A stretch of 64,000 nt of DNA from a virus: positions 4,313 to 68,312 of the IMG/VR virus record IMGVR_UViG_3300042362_000298, one strand, 5' to 3'. How positions within the stretch are numbered: position 1 is the first letter of the stretch; each line of letters begins with the position of its first letter. The notes beneath the pieces are model-generated. The model had not been told where the DNA came from. It worked only from the letters and a program-made list of their open reading frames with translations, and ran no database searches. Positions 17,670 through 26,300 of the stretch are shown here, one piece after another. Both the position numbers and the translations under genes were made by a program.

Positions 17670-17915
17670 TTAGCTAGCCCAAGGCGTGCCAGTGCCTTTC
17701 GTGGGAGCCTTTTGCTGGTCAATTTGAGCCTGAAGAGCGCCCAGAATTTCAGCCACCTTCTCCTCTCCGAACTTGTCAAGAAGCCAGCCAAGTACGATCG
17801 CTTTCGTCAGATCGGCGTATGGAATGGCTTCGTCGCCTTCTGGAGCCTCGAGGCCGATACTGCCATAGGCACTGGAGCGGTAAGTGCCATCAAAGGCTTC
17901 AACCGTGTAGTGAAG
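17670..17915 (-). pseudogene. 5'-truncated tail-fibre-associated small protein gene
   Basis: open frame LHYTVEAFDGTYRSSAYGSIGLE...IPYADLT...APTKGTGTPWAS with no start at its 5' end (in-frame TAA at 17934-17936); begins inside a TAGT-N7-ACTA site. Confidence 0.7.
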
Positions 17916-17919
17916 GTGA

Positions 17920-18141
17920 CTACTGGGCTTCGGTTACAGGCTCACTGGCGTCGAGTTCTCTGGCAATTTCTTTGAGGTGTTCAGCGCAGCACATACCGTT
18001 CCAATCAAAATAGAATTGTTCTGCCACAGTACGAAGGGCGGCGGCAAGCATTTCAGCCTCTGTGACTTCGCAGTTATAAAGATCGGCCAAAGTGCCGTAG
18101 GCGTCCCAGACAGCTTGCGCTTGGGGTGAAAGTTCAGACAT
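17920..18141 (-). CDS. cassette protein (LSPQAQAV...AAALR family)
   Basis: 73 aa, flanked on both sides by perfect TAGT-N7-ACTA sites. Confidence 0.8.
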   Translation of the reverse strand: MSELSPQAQAVWDAYGTLADLYNCEVTEAEMLAAALRTVAEQFYFDWNGMCCAEHLKEIARELDASEPVTEAQ

Positions 18142-18155
18142 AGTAGTGGGAATGA

Positions 18156-18452
18156 CTAAGGGGTGTGATCAATCTCTTCAAGAGCTTCTGCAATGTACAG
18201 GAGCCGCGAACAACTGATAATTCCAGGGCTTTCTTGGAGTTGGTTGATTGCCTCCTTAAACGCAGCGGCAAGAACTGGACCATCGCAGATACCACGCTCA
18301 CAGGCGGAGATATCAAAAGCTCGAAAGATTTCGAGCGCTATTTTGGCGCGAGACTCTTTGCCCGCACGTTTTACCCAATCTTCGGCTTGAAACCCATCCA
18401 TGCAGTCAAGCCAAGGAGCGTCGTCTTTATCAGGGAGGTTGTGTTCAGTCAT
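18156..18452 (-). CDS. cassette protein
   Basis: 98 aa; LAAAF..AI and LL.IA..LE blocks resemble the neighbouring ORF. Confidence 0.7.
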   Translation of the reverse strand: MTEHNLPDKDDAPWLDCMDGFQAEDWVKRAGKESRAKIALEIFRAFDISACERGICDGPVLAAAFKEAINQLQESPGIISCSRLLYIAEALEEIDHTP

Positions 18453-18595
18453 TTATGAGGACCGATGCAAATGACGCGCTCGCCAATAACAATAATAACG
18501 GCAACCTCAATCCGAGGGATGTCACCACCAAAGCCAACGCCGAAAAACAATGTTTTGTCAAAATCTGCTTTGCGGATAGAAAACCACTTAGTCAT
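18449..18595 (-). CDS. small hypothetical protein (48 aa)
   Basis: overlaps both neighbours; MTKWFSIRKADFDK... Confidence 0.5.
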   Translation of the reverse strand: MTKWFSIRKADFDKTLFFGVGFGGDIPRIEVAVIIVIGERVICIGPHK

Positions 18596-18947
18596 CGAGC
18601 TGCTCCACGGCACGGCGAAGATCTTGCAGGATTTCAGGCAAGTAATGCCCATCCCGCTCCATCACTTCTAGATGCTTCAGGGATTGCTCCTTCAAGCTCG
18701 GCTGCTTAGGCTCGGGGCGGCGAGCGGCGCGGATGTAGCGAGCAAAGTCATAAGCATCCTCACCTGCGTCAATCTCAACCAGCCTTAGGCACGCCTTCAG
18801 CTCTTGGTCTGCGCCCCATTGGGCGGCGCGGGTGGCGATGTGCTGTTCATAAGCCCAGTGTTCATCGTTGTATGGCACGCCTGAAAGATTGGCGTCGTGC
18901 CCCCACTTTTCAACAAGTTCCAGTGGCACGGTGATGGGGTGGGTCAT
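18588..18947 (-). CDS. HPITPPPEL-family protein, paralog 2
   Basis: HPITVPLELV, AAQWGADQELKAC, RAARRP, PSLKEQ. Confidence 0.85.
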   Translation of the reverse strand: MTHPITVPLELVEKWGHDANLSGVPYNDEHWAYEQHIATRAAQWGADQELKACLRLVEIDAGEDAYDFARYIRAARRPEPKQPSLKEQSLKHLEVMERDGHYLPEILQDLRRAVEQLDD

Positions 18948-19043
18948 TGTGTCAACCTCCAACAATAAGAAAGGTGTGCTCGTTGAATGTCCTCCTTAAT
19001 CGCAAGTAAGTGCTTCTGACCAGTCATTGCTGCTGCTCGGAAG

Positions 19044-19397
19044 TCAGTCATCGAGTTGCTCCAGTGCTTTACGAACAATTGAAAAGTCGTTAATGTCCCA
19101 ACTTGGGTCTTCTGCTTTATTTAGCAGAGCTAGCGCTTGCTCTTTCAAGCTCGGCGGCTTAGGGCGGCGGGCGGCGCGGAGGGCTTCTGTTTGCCATAGC
19201 GCGGTTTTGGATTTAGTGCGAAGCCACTCGCAGCACGCCTCCAGCTCCTGGTCGGCGCCCCATTGGGCGGCATGGTGAGCAATGAATAGCTCGTAGCCCC
19301 AATTCTCGTCGTCGGAATTAAGAGGGCTGCTGGCTGCCCACTGCTGCACCAGCTCCGGCGGTGGGGTGATGGGATACCTGTAGTCTTCTTGGGTCAT
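19044..19397 (-). CDS. HPITPPPEL-family protein, paralog 3
   Basis: YPITPPPELVQQW, AAQWGADQELEAC, RAARRPKPPSLKEQAL. Confidence 0.85.
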   Translation of the reverse strand: MTQEDYRYPITPPPELVQQWAASSPLNSDDENWGYELFIAHHAAQWGADQELEACCEWLRTKSKTALWQTEALRAARRPKPPSLKEQALALLNKAEDPSWDINDFSIVRKALEQLDD

Positions 19398-19544
19398 GGT
19401 CTCCAGGGGATCGTGGCCGGGGCAGGGTGTTGACGCACCGCTGCTCCACCACACTACCATGTGCTACAGTGCTTCGGCTGACAAGGCACCGCAACGGTTG
19501 TGATATTCCGTTGCACGGGGGCAGGGGTGAGATCCTGCCCCTTT

Positions 19545-19688
19545 TTAATGCCGAGCAACACGGCGATACTCTTCAAGGAACTCCTCGCCCATCAACTCCA
19601 CCAGTTGCTCGTGGGTGACGTTGTTGATCAAGCAAAGGCTTTCCCTGAAGCGCCTCTCGTTTTCCTCCGCTGTGATTTCTTCAGGCAT
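19545..19688 (-). CDS. small hypothetical protein (47 aa)
   Basis: MPEEITAEENERRFRESLCLINNVTHEQLVELMGEEFLEEYRRVARH, directly after a cassette site. Confidence 0.55.
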   Translation of the reverse strand: MPEEITAEENERRFRESLCLINNVTHEQLVELMGEEFLEEYRRVARH

Positions 19689-19702
19689 AGTAACGAGTAG
19701 GA

Positions 19703-20767
19703 CTACGACGCCTCAAGGGCTGACAGCCGAGCTTCCATTGCTTCGATCTGCTCCTTTTGCCGCTTGATCAGGTTCAGTAGATGGGGCACGAAACGGTCGT
19801 ACTGAACGCCTTCGGGTTCGGGAACTTCAAGGGGAACATCTTTGGCTTCTCCGTTCTCGCCAACGACACGCTCGACTGTTTTCCAATGAACCAGACGAGG
19901 ATCAATCTGTGCAACTTCTTCTGCAATAAAACCCCACCAGCCCCAGGTTGCGTTGTCTTCGTTGCAAAGCGAACGATAATAAACTGGGCGGCAGTTTAAA
20001 ACGTTATCAGCGTATTGGTTTTCAAGTGTTTCTACATTTGTTTTGTACTTAATAGATGATGTCGACCGTCCAAGGTAACCAGATGAAGTAATAAATCCGT
20101 TTGCTGCAGATGCCGTCGTATTGTTGTAAGGAGATAGCGTGGAAAGTCCGGTGTAAATGGCTCCATCTGATCTAATAAACATATTTTGCGTCGGGCTGCT
20201 CGCTCCGTCGGCGGTCGTCGATAGTACAATCCTGCCCGGCATGTCGTTAGCGCCGGGGGTGCCATCTACAAAGGCTTCAATTCGCGCTGCTTCAACAAAC
20301 TCAGTGCCGTCTGATCCTTGGAATGACAGTGCGCCTACTTGATCATCTGCAATGACAACGGTTGTACCCCCAATAGAATTGGAGCGATGTTTTGCAAAGA
20401 TATGCCAAGGACCGCCTGCTCCTGCGACACCATAAATATGTCCCGCATAACGCTGGGCATTATTATTTGCCCCTTCAACTTGAACTAAAGCCGTCTCTGT
20501 TGAATTAAAGAAATTGCCACGCGCAGTAGACGTGCCAACTAAAAGTCTAGAACTCGAGTCAATGCGCATGGCTTCACTGCCACCCTCAGCAAACGCAATA
20601 GTGTCTGCTGCCGGAAAAAATATGCCGGTGTTGGGGTCGCTGGTTGGCTGTAGCGCTGGGGCTGATGCGGTGCCTGCTTGAAGCACCACGTTCCCGCTGC
20701 TGTCCAGCACGATGTTGTTGCTGGCCGAGCTGGGATGCTTGATGTTTGTGACGTTGATCGATGACAT
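19703..20767 (-). CDS. tail fibre with C-terminal S74 intramolecular chaperone
   Basis: TSSIKYKTNV...GFIAEEV...GVQYDRFVPHL...LEARL-type end; RIDSSSRLLVG fibre repeat. Confidence 0.9.
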   Translation of the reverse strand: MSSINVTNIKHPSSASNNIVLDSSGNVVLQAGTASAPALQPTSDPNTGIFFPAADTIAFAEGGSEAMRIDSSSRLLVGTSTARGNFFNSTETALVQVEGANNNAQRYAGHIYGVAGAGGPWHIFAKHRSNSIGGTTVVIADDQVGALSFQGSDGTEFVEAARIEAFVDGTPGANDMPGRIVLSTTADGASSPTQNMFIRSDGAIYTGLSTLSPYNNTTASAANGFITSSGYLGRSTSSIKYKTNVETLENQYADNVLNCRPVYYRSLCNEDNATWGWWGFIAEEVAQIDPRLVHWKTVERVVGENGEAKDVPLEVPEPEGVQYDRFVPHLLNLIKRQKEQIEAMEARLSALEAS

Positions 20768-20770
20768 GGC

Positions 20771-21052
20771 TCAAGCCTCCGACGGGTAGGGGAAACGGGC
20801 GCGGATGGCCTCCACTGCGGCGGTCCAGTCATCCATGCTGACTTCGCCGCGCTGCGCCTTGAAGAACAGCGGGTCCGCTTCGGCGGCATAGGCAGCGGCG
20901 CGTTGCTGCTGGGCTTGCATCTGAGCAGCCTTGGCCTCGACAGCCTGCCGGTCGTACTCGACGGGGTTGCCATCGGCGTCGAACGCTTCCTCGCCAACGG
21001 TGCGAACGACGTTGGGATGGAACGCGTGAATGGCAGAAGCGAAGTACATCAT
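20771..21052 (-). CDS. tail fibre assembly/chaperone protein
   Basis: RAAAYAAEADPLFFKAQRGE...W...IRARFPYP. Confidence 0.75.
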   Translation of the reverse strand: MMYFASAIHAFHPNVVRTVGEEAFDADGNPVEYDRQAVEAKAAQMQAQQQRAAAYAAEADPLFFKAQRGEVSMDDWTAAVEAIRARFPYPSEA

Positions 21053-21579
21053 GCTGCTACCTCCATCAAGGTGATGGTAGAAACGGCGCTATTTATTTGA
21101 ACACTAGAATTACTCGTATCGGAATTTAATTGTGTTTTATAAGTCACAGCAGAAGTTGTATTAGGGGAATCCAAATATTCAATAGATACAGAGCCAATAC
21201 GATTTGCTGTGGCTGTACCTGTATAGCCTGCCGTTAGGTCCATTACGGCTATCTGAGTAGAGGCACGCAAAAGCCTTAATCCAGCGTAATTGTCGTTTGT
21301 TTTTCCAACACCGTTTTGATGCACTGTTATCAAAATTTTGCTTGATGCTGATGTTGGCGTAATTGTTGCCGCCAGTGTAGTGTCAACATAAGTTGAGCTG
21401 GTTGCCGAAACGCCCGTCGAAGTCGTCTCATTCACCACCTGCAAAATGTTCCCCGCCCGATTCAAGCGGTCCAGCGTGCCGCCAGTGCCGGGCAGGGTGA
21501 AGGTCTGGTCGCCAGCAATGGCCGGAGCGTCAAGCTCGCTGTAGCCACTGGTGCTTCCGTTAAGCCTTAAAGGACTCAT
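21049..21579 (-). CDS. tail fibre module protein
   Basis: GNILQVV, ITPTSASSKILI, YLDSPNTTSAVTYK, STITLMEVAA. Confidence 0.8.
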   Translation of the reverse strand: MSPLRLNGSTSGYSELDAPAIAGDQTFTLPGTGGTLDRLNRAGNILQVVNETTSTGVSATSSTYVDTTLAATITPTSASSKILITVHQNGVGKTNDNYAGLRLLRASTQIAVMDLTAGYTGTATANRIGSVSIEYLDSPNTTSAVTYKTQLNSDTSNSSVQINSAVSTITLMEVAA

Positions 21580-21845
21580 GATGTCACCTCCTCGGTGGTA
21601 GCTGCGGCGTCTAATGCGGCCTGGTAAGCAGCGATCACCTCTGGCGTCCACAGTGCTGCGGCAACTGCTTGGAGTTCTTCGCAGTCGTCACTTACGTCAT
21701 CACCGGGGACGCGGCAATGGCGGTGATAAGTGCGACCGACTTCTGTGCCGTCCTTTTCAATCACATCTGCGCGGCGGCATTGGATGATCGAGTAGGGCGG
21801 GATGATTTCTAGCTTGTGCTCGTGGCGTTCAGTGAAAGTAGCCAT
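21576..21845 (-). CDS. tail fibre assembly protein
   Basis: IQCRRADVIEKDGTEVGRTYHRH...AVAAALWTPEVIAAY. Confidence 0.75.
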   Translation of the reverse strand: MATFTERHEHKLEIIPPYSIIQCRRADVIEKDGTEVGRTYHRHCRVPGDDVSDDCEELQAVAAALWTPEVIAAYQAALDAAATTEEVTS

Positions 21846-21906
21846 TAGGAATGTCCTCCAGACATAACGGGTTTAGGCGTAGTTTTGAGCCATTGCGGGC
21901 TTAAAA

Positions 21907-22599
21907 TTAAACAGACCAATAAGTGATCGACCACTGAAACGAAAAGTTTGCATCTGTCATGTCAGCAGAATTTAAATTTGCTGCAGTAGTAACACCACTA
22001 TTGTTTGAATATTTTTTTAGATCTATTGTGGATGTGTTTGGTTGAATTAATGCTCCCAGCGGAAAGCCGGAACCATCGAATATACTTGGATTACCAAGTA
22101 AATATCCTTGAAAAAAATTACCAATATTGGGGGTGGCAAAAGGAAGACCTGTCACAGTAACTGCGTTAGCACCAGAGCCAGCACTGCATCTTATTTGAGA
22201 ATACCCGACAAGCGTAACCTGATTGCCTACTTTTGTGTATCTTGCGACATTAGCTATAGTTGTAAAAGTTGCTCCGGTTGCATTAAACACAGGCGTCCAA
22301 GTTCCCTCCTCGTAATCATCCAGCGTATTTGCATTACTTGCTGCAACTGCTGTTGCCGGGAAGGTGATGCCGCCAGACAGTTCCAGTACGCCACCGTTGG
22401 CAGTAGCACTGGTCACTCCTACCAGTAAACGACCACTGTCGTCAAAGCGTGCTACTTCTGCTCCACCTTCGGCAAAAGCAATCGTGTCAGCCGCTGGAAA
22501 GAAAACACCAGTGTCACTGTCTCCCCCTTGGTAAGCAGGCGTAGAGGCTGATCCATCGACGCCACTGATGCCTGTTGAGCCGTTAATCGTTACTGACAT
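21907..22599 (-). CDS. tail fibre protein
   Basis: ANTLDDYEEGTWTP, YTKVGNQV, TGLPF. Confidence 0.85.
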   Translation of the reverse strand: MSVTINGSTGISGVDGSASTPAYQGGDSDTGVFFPAADTIAFAEGGAEVARFDDSGRLLVGVTSATANGGVLELSGGITFPATAVAASNANTLDDYEEGTWTPVFNATGATFTTIANVARYTKVGNQVTLVGYSQIRCSAGSGANAVTVTGLPFATPNIGNFFQGYLLGNPSIFDGSGFPLGALIQPNTSTIDLKKYSNNSGVTTAANLNSADMTDANFSFQWSITYWSV

Positions 22600-22646
22600 G
22601 GCTTACACCTCCTGAGCAGTGGTAGTGTCCGAGACTAGTTTTTCCA

Positions 22647-23228
22647 TTAGACGATCACCCACGATTGGCCGCTCGGCACCGTCACGGTGACGCCGGAGGA
22701 AATTGTCACAGGACCAGCGGTCATGGCGTTTTTGCTTGTAGTTAAAGTGTAGCTCTGCGTGACGGACTGAGCGTTTTCGTAAAACACATCGTCACTACCA
22801 CCACCTGTAGCACCACCACCAATAGCGCCCCAATTACTGCTTTTGTAGCCTTCGAACTGGTTGAGTGTGGTGTTGTAGCGGATCATCCCGTTAACGGGAC
22901 TACCGGGACGCTCGCCAGTTGTGCCATCCGGCAGCTCAATCGCGTCTGTCGTTCCGAAGATCACTGCGCCTGTGAAGGTGCCGCCAGCCAGCGGCATCAG
23001 ACCAAGGTTCGTGCTGGCCAGCGTGCCAACTGTCACCCAAGCGTTATTGGCCGCATTGCGGATCTTCAACAACCCTGTCGTCGTGTCTGCCCACCATTGG
23101 TAGGCGTAGGTCGTTGCTGGCGCGGTCGCGCTGCTGTTATTGCTAACGATAGCAGCTAGCGCATCATTTAGATCGCTACGGACTGCAGCCCCAGTGCCAT
23201 TGGAAATAATATAATCGTGGGTTGGCAC
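22647..23228 (-). CDS. proximal tail fibre / anchor protein
   Basis: HDYIISNGTGAAVRSDLN, GMIRYNTT...FEGY, GGGATGGGSD.VFYEN. Confidence 0.85.
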   Translation of the reverse strand: MPTHDYIISNGTGAAVRSDLNDALAAIVSNNSSATAPATTYAYQWWADTTTGLLKIRNAANNAWVTVGTLASTNLGLMPLAGGTFTGAVIFGTTDAIELPDGTTGERPGSPVNGMIRYNTTLNQFEGYKSSNWGAIGGGATGGGSDDVFYENAQSVTQSYTLTTSKNAMTAGPVTISSGVTVTVPSGQSWVIV

Positions 23229-23305
23229 AGATTGATCTCACGAACACTATTAGCCTACATCTTAAAGCATTAAAAACAAAAGGAAGCGATGGAGGATGGG
23301 AATGG

Positions 23306-26300
23306 TTATGTTCCTTTCCCAAATCCCACCGCAGTCCATAGGAAGTCCCTGCTTACTGCCGTGCCGGAGCTGTTCCTGAAGGTCACGTCAAAGCCGGTAT
23401 TGCTGACGTTGGTGACATTGAAGTAATCGCCTGTTGCAAGGTTCTGCGCGACGATGCCGATGCTGGGCAGGTAGGCGTTGGTGCCGCCCAGGCTCCCCGT
23501 GCCCGTAAAGAACGCTTTGTCGAAGGCCACCGAATAAGCACCAGCGCCGCTGGTGACAGCACCGACTGACTGCTCTGTCCTGCGTTGGAAGGTGGCGTCG
23601 TACCCAAGCTGCTCAACCACAATGTTTTCGGCTGGGTCATTGCTAGTCAGCCCTGCCTTGAACTGGAAGCCACGGCCAAGGAAAGTGCCATTGACGAACT
23701 CCTGCCAGCTTGTCCAGGTAGGCGAGCCGCTCGGGTTGTCTGATGTACGACGGACCAAGAGCTTGGCGTTGACCTGATCGATCACACCGCCATCCCAATC
23801 TGCCCAGTCGTCAACCAGTCCGGTACGGCTGTCCACCAATGTGCTGGGGAAGAATCCAGTGGTGACGAAATAACGCTTGAGGTCAAGCGAAAACACGCCA
23901 CCTAGATCAAGCGTATTGGCAAAGGCATACTCGCCTTGCAGTTGGGTATCACCCAAGAAATCAAACGTCGTGATCAGATCGAAATCAGTAATTCCATCAA
24001 GGGTTTCATCGCCATCCAGTACCAAACCGCCAAAGTCCTCGCTGTAGAAAACATCGGTTTTGGCGCCTTGGAATGGCGGCGTATCTGTGTCCTCACGGCG
24101 GGTCTGCACCAGCAGTTGCCCAACAGCGTCGGGGAAGTCCACGATGACGCTGGTTTCTGTTGGGCTCTGCCGGCCGCCGTCATCCTCGAACTTAACGAGG
24201 ATCTCACCCTCGACCAGAGGCACGATGGCTTCAGTGGAAGCACCTGATTTAGCTGGAATCAAGTCGACACTATTGCTCCATGTGCCAGTGCCGTCAGTGA
24301 GGTTGGTATGACGAATATGCACTCGTCCTCCGACTTTTACATCAAGATCAACGGTTTGAGCCCACCGCAGGCGAGCACTGTTTGCGCTAATTGGTTCAAT
24401 GGTTAGGTCTTGAACATTGCCTGGAGGTGCAGTCTTGCCCACGAGCGCAAATTGCGCAGTAGATGCCACGCTCAACTTGTTAAGACTATTGACGCTGCGA
24501 ATTTGAACGTAAAGAATGCCAGCTCGAAGGCCAGTTAATCGTGTCGATGGAGAAGAAGTGTTGATTTGTGTCCAGTTATTATTGTCAATGCGATATTCAA
24601 CACGGAAGCCAGCAATGCGCTGTACTGGACTAATCCAGCTCAGTTCTACGGCAGTAAGAACGCTTTGGCCATCTTCGTATAAATGCTCAGTCGCTTGAAT
24701 ATTCGATGGTGCATCAGGAATGGCTGATAAATTGCTTATATCACGGAACTCGAGCGACAAATCGCTCTCGATTGCCGCATAAATGCTGCTGTTGTAAGTA
24801 AGAGCCGTCACGCTAAATGCTCCGCTATCACTTTCCGTTACTGACAACACGCGAAACTGATTGGATTGAATATCAGTCGTCTGCAGCAGGAAAACGCTTT
24901 GCGCATTGGGAGCTTCGCTAAATGGGCTGTTCACCGTAAAAACATTGCCGGCAATACCACTGACGGAGCGCGTCTCCACGAGGCCCGTGGGCAAGAGCAC
25001 GCTCATGGTCGGGGAGTTGGCTGTCGTGATTGGCAGTCCAACGATGGAGTCGACTGTGATGGTAGTGGTAGTGGCACTGCTGATACGGCCAGAGCGTCGA
25101 CTACCCGCCTTAACTGGATCGGCAATATCAATAACCATGCCAGGGCGAAGAATGATACCGCTATCAATGGCAACAGAAAAGCTCACTGTTTCCGTGAGGT
25201 TTTGTTCTGCCAACAGCGACCATTTACCAAGACGATGCGCCTGCCCCCTGCTATAACAGCCCATAGCCTTGATTTCTTTATTGATCACACCATATTTCGA
25301 CACAGCATCTGCATCTTCTACATATTCAAACTGCACTTCCCCAAGGCTTTCGTAAGTTTGATAGCCGACAGTGGCCGTGGTGTGTCGGGCTTTTTGCGAA
25401 CTGCCTGAGTAGCTAAAATTGCCGTCAATTACATTACTTGGGCTCAGAAGATACTGAGACGATGCAGGCTTATCCTGTAACACAACCATTGAGCCCGCGC
25501 CATAGTAAGCAATGCCGCGAAAAAGTGAAACAAATTCTTGGATAACATTGTAAATTTCATCGCGATTATTCAAAAGCATGTGGCACTGGAACCGGGGCTC
25601 TAACCCGCCAAAGCCATTACTAACCAGCTCGTTGCAATATTGACTGATGGCATAAAAATCAAACTTGTCCAGCGTCGCTTCGGGGATGGACGCCCCATAG
25701 CGAGTGTTGGTCATTAAGTCCCACAGGCACCATGCAGGATCGGCGCACCAAGTAGCAGCCCCAAATGTACCGTTCCACACACCGGCATATGTAACACGTC
25801 CTTGATAAACACTGGTATCAACAGTAGCATTAGAAGGCAGTCTCACCTTCATGCCACGAATTAGATATTTGCGTGCAGGAATGTTATCAAATTGTCGTGA
25901 ATCAAACCGGAGAAATGATAATGCCGAGTTTGGGTAGCGTAGTTTTTCGTCAAGAATTTCTGTATAGCTAAACCAAAAGGTGCGATTTTGGCGCCGAGCG
26001 CTGCTTTCGTCGGCAGACACACGCACCAAGCGAATATCCACGGGAAAACTACCGCTAAGGGTTAGTAAATAATCGCGCTGATAGCTATTGGTCGTTTTAC
26101 CACTAATCGTATCGTCAACAACAGTGGTGTAACCGCCACCGTTGTATTGCACTTGCACTTGAACGCGCACAGAGTGACCAATGATATCGCCATCGTCTTC
26201 AATAATTTGCAACGCTGGCAGTTGAATGGTCACCCTCACGCGATCCACGTCTGTGTCCGTGACGCTCCTGACGACTGGCGTGGCATTAGTCACTTCAACA

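Noticed and set aside
3853-19397. Diversity-generating retroelement behind the paralog variation
   Set aside because: No reverse transcriptase is present, and the differences are block replacements rather than adenine-specific changes.
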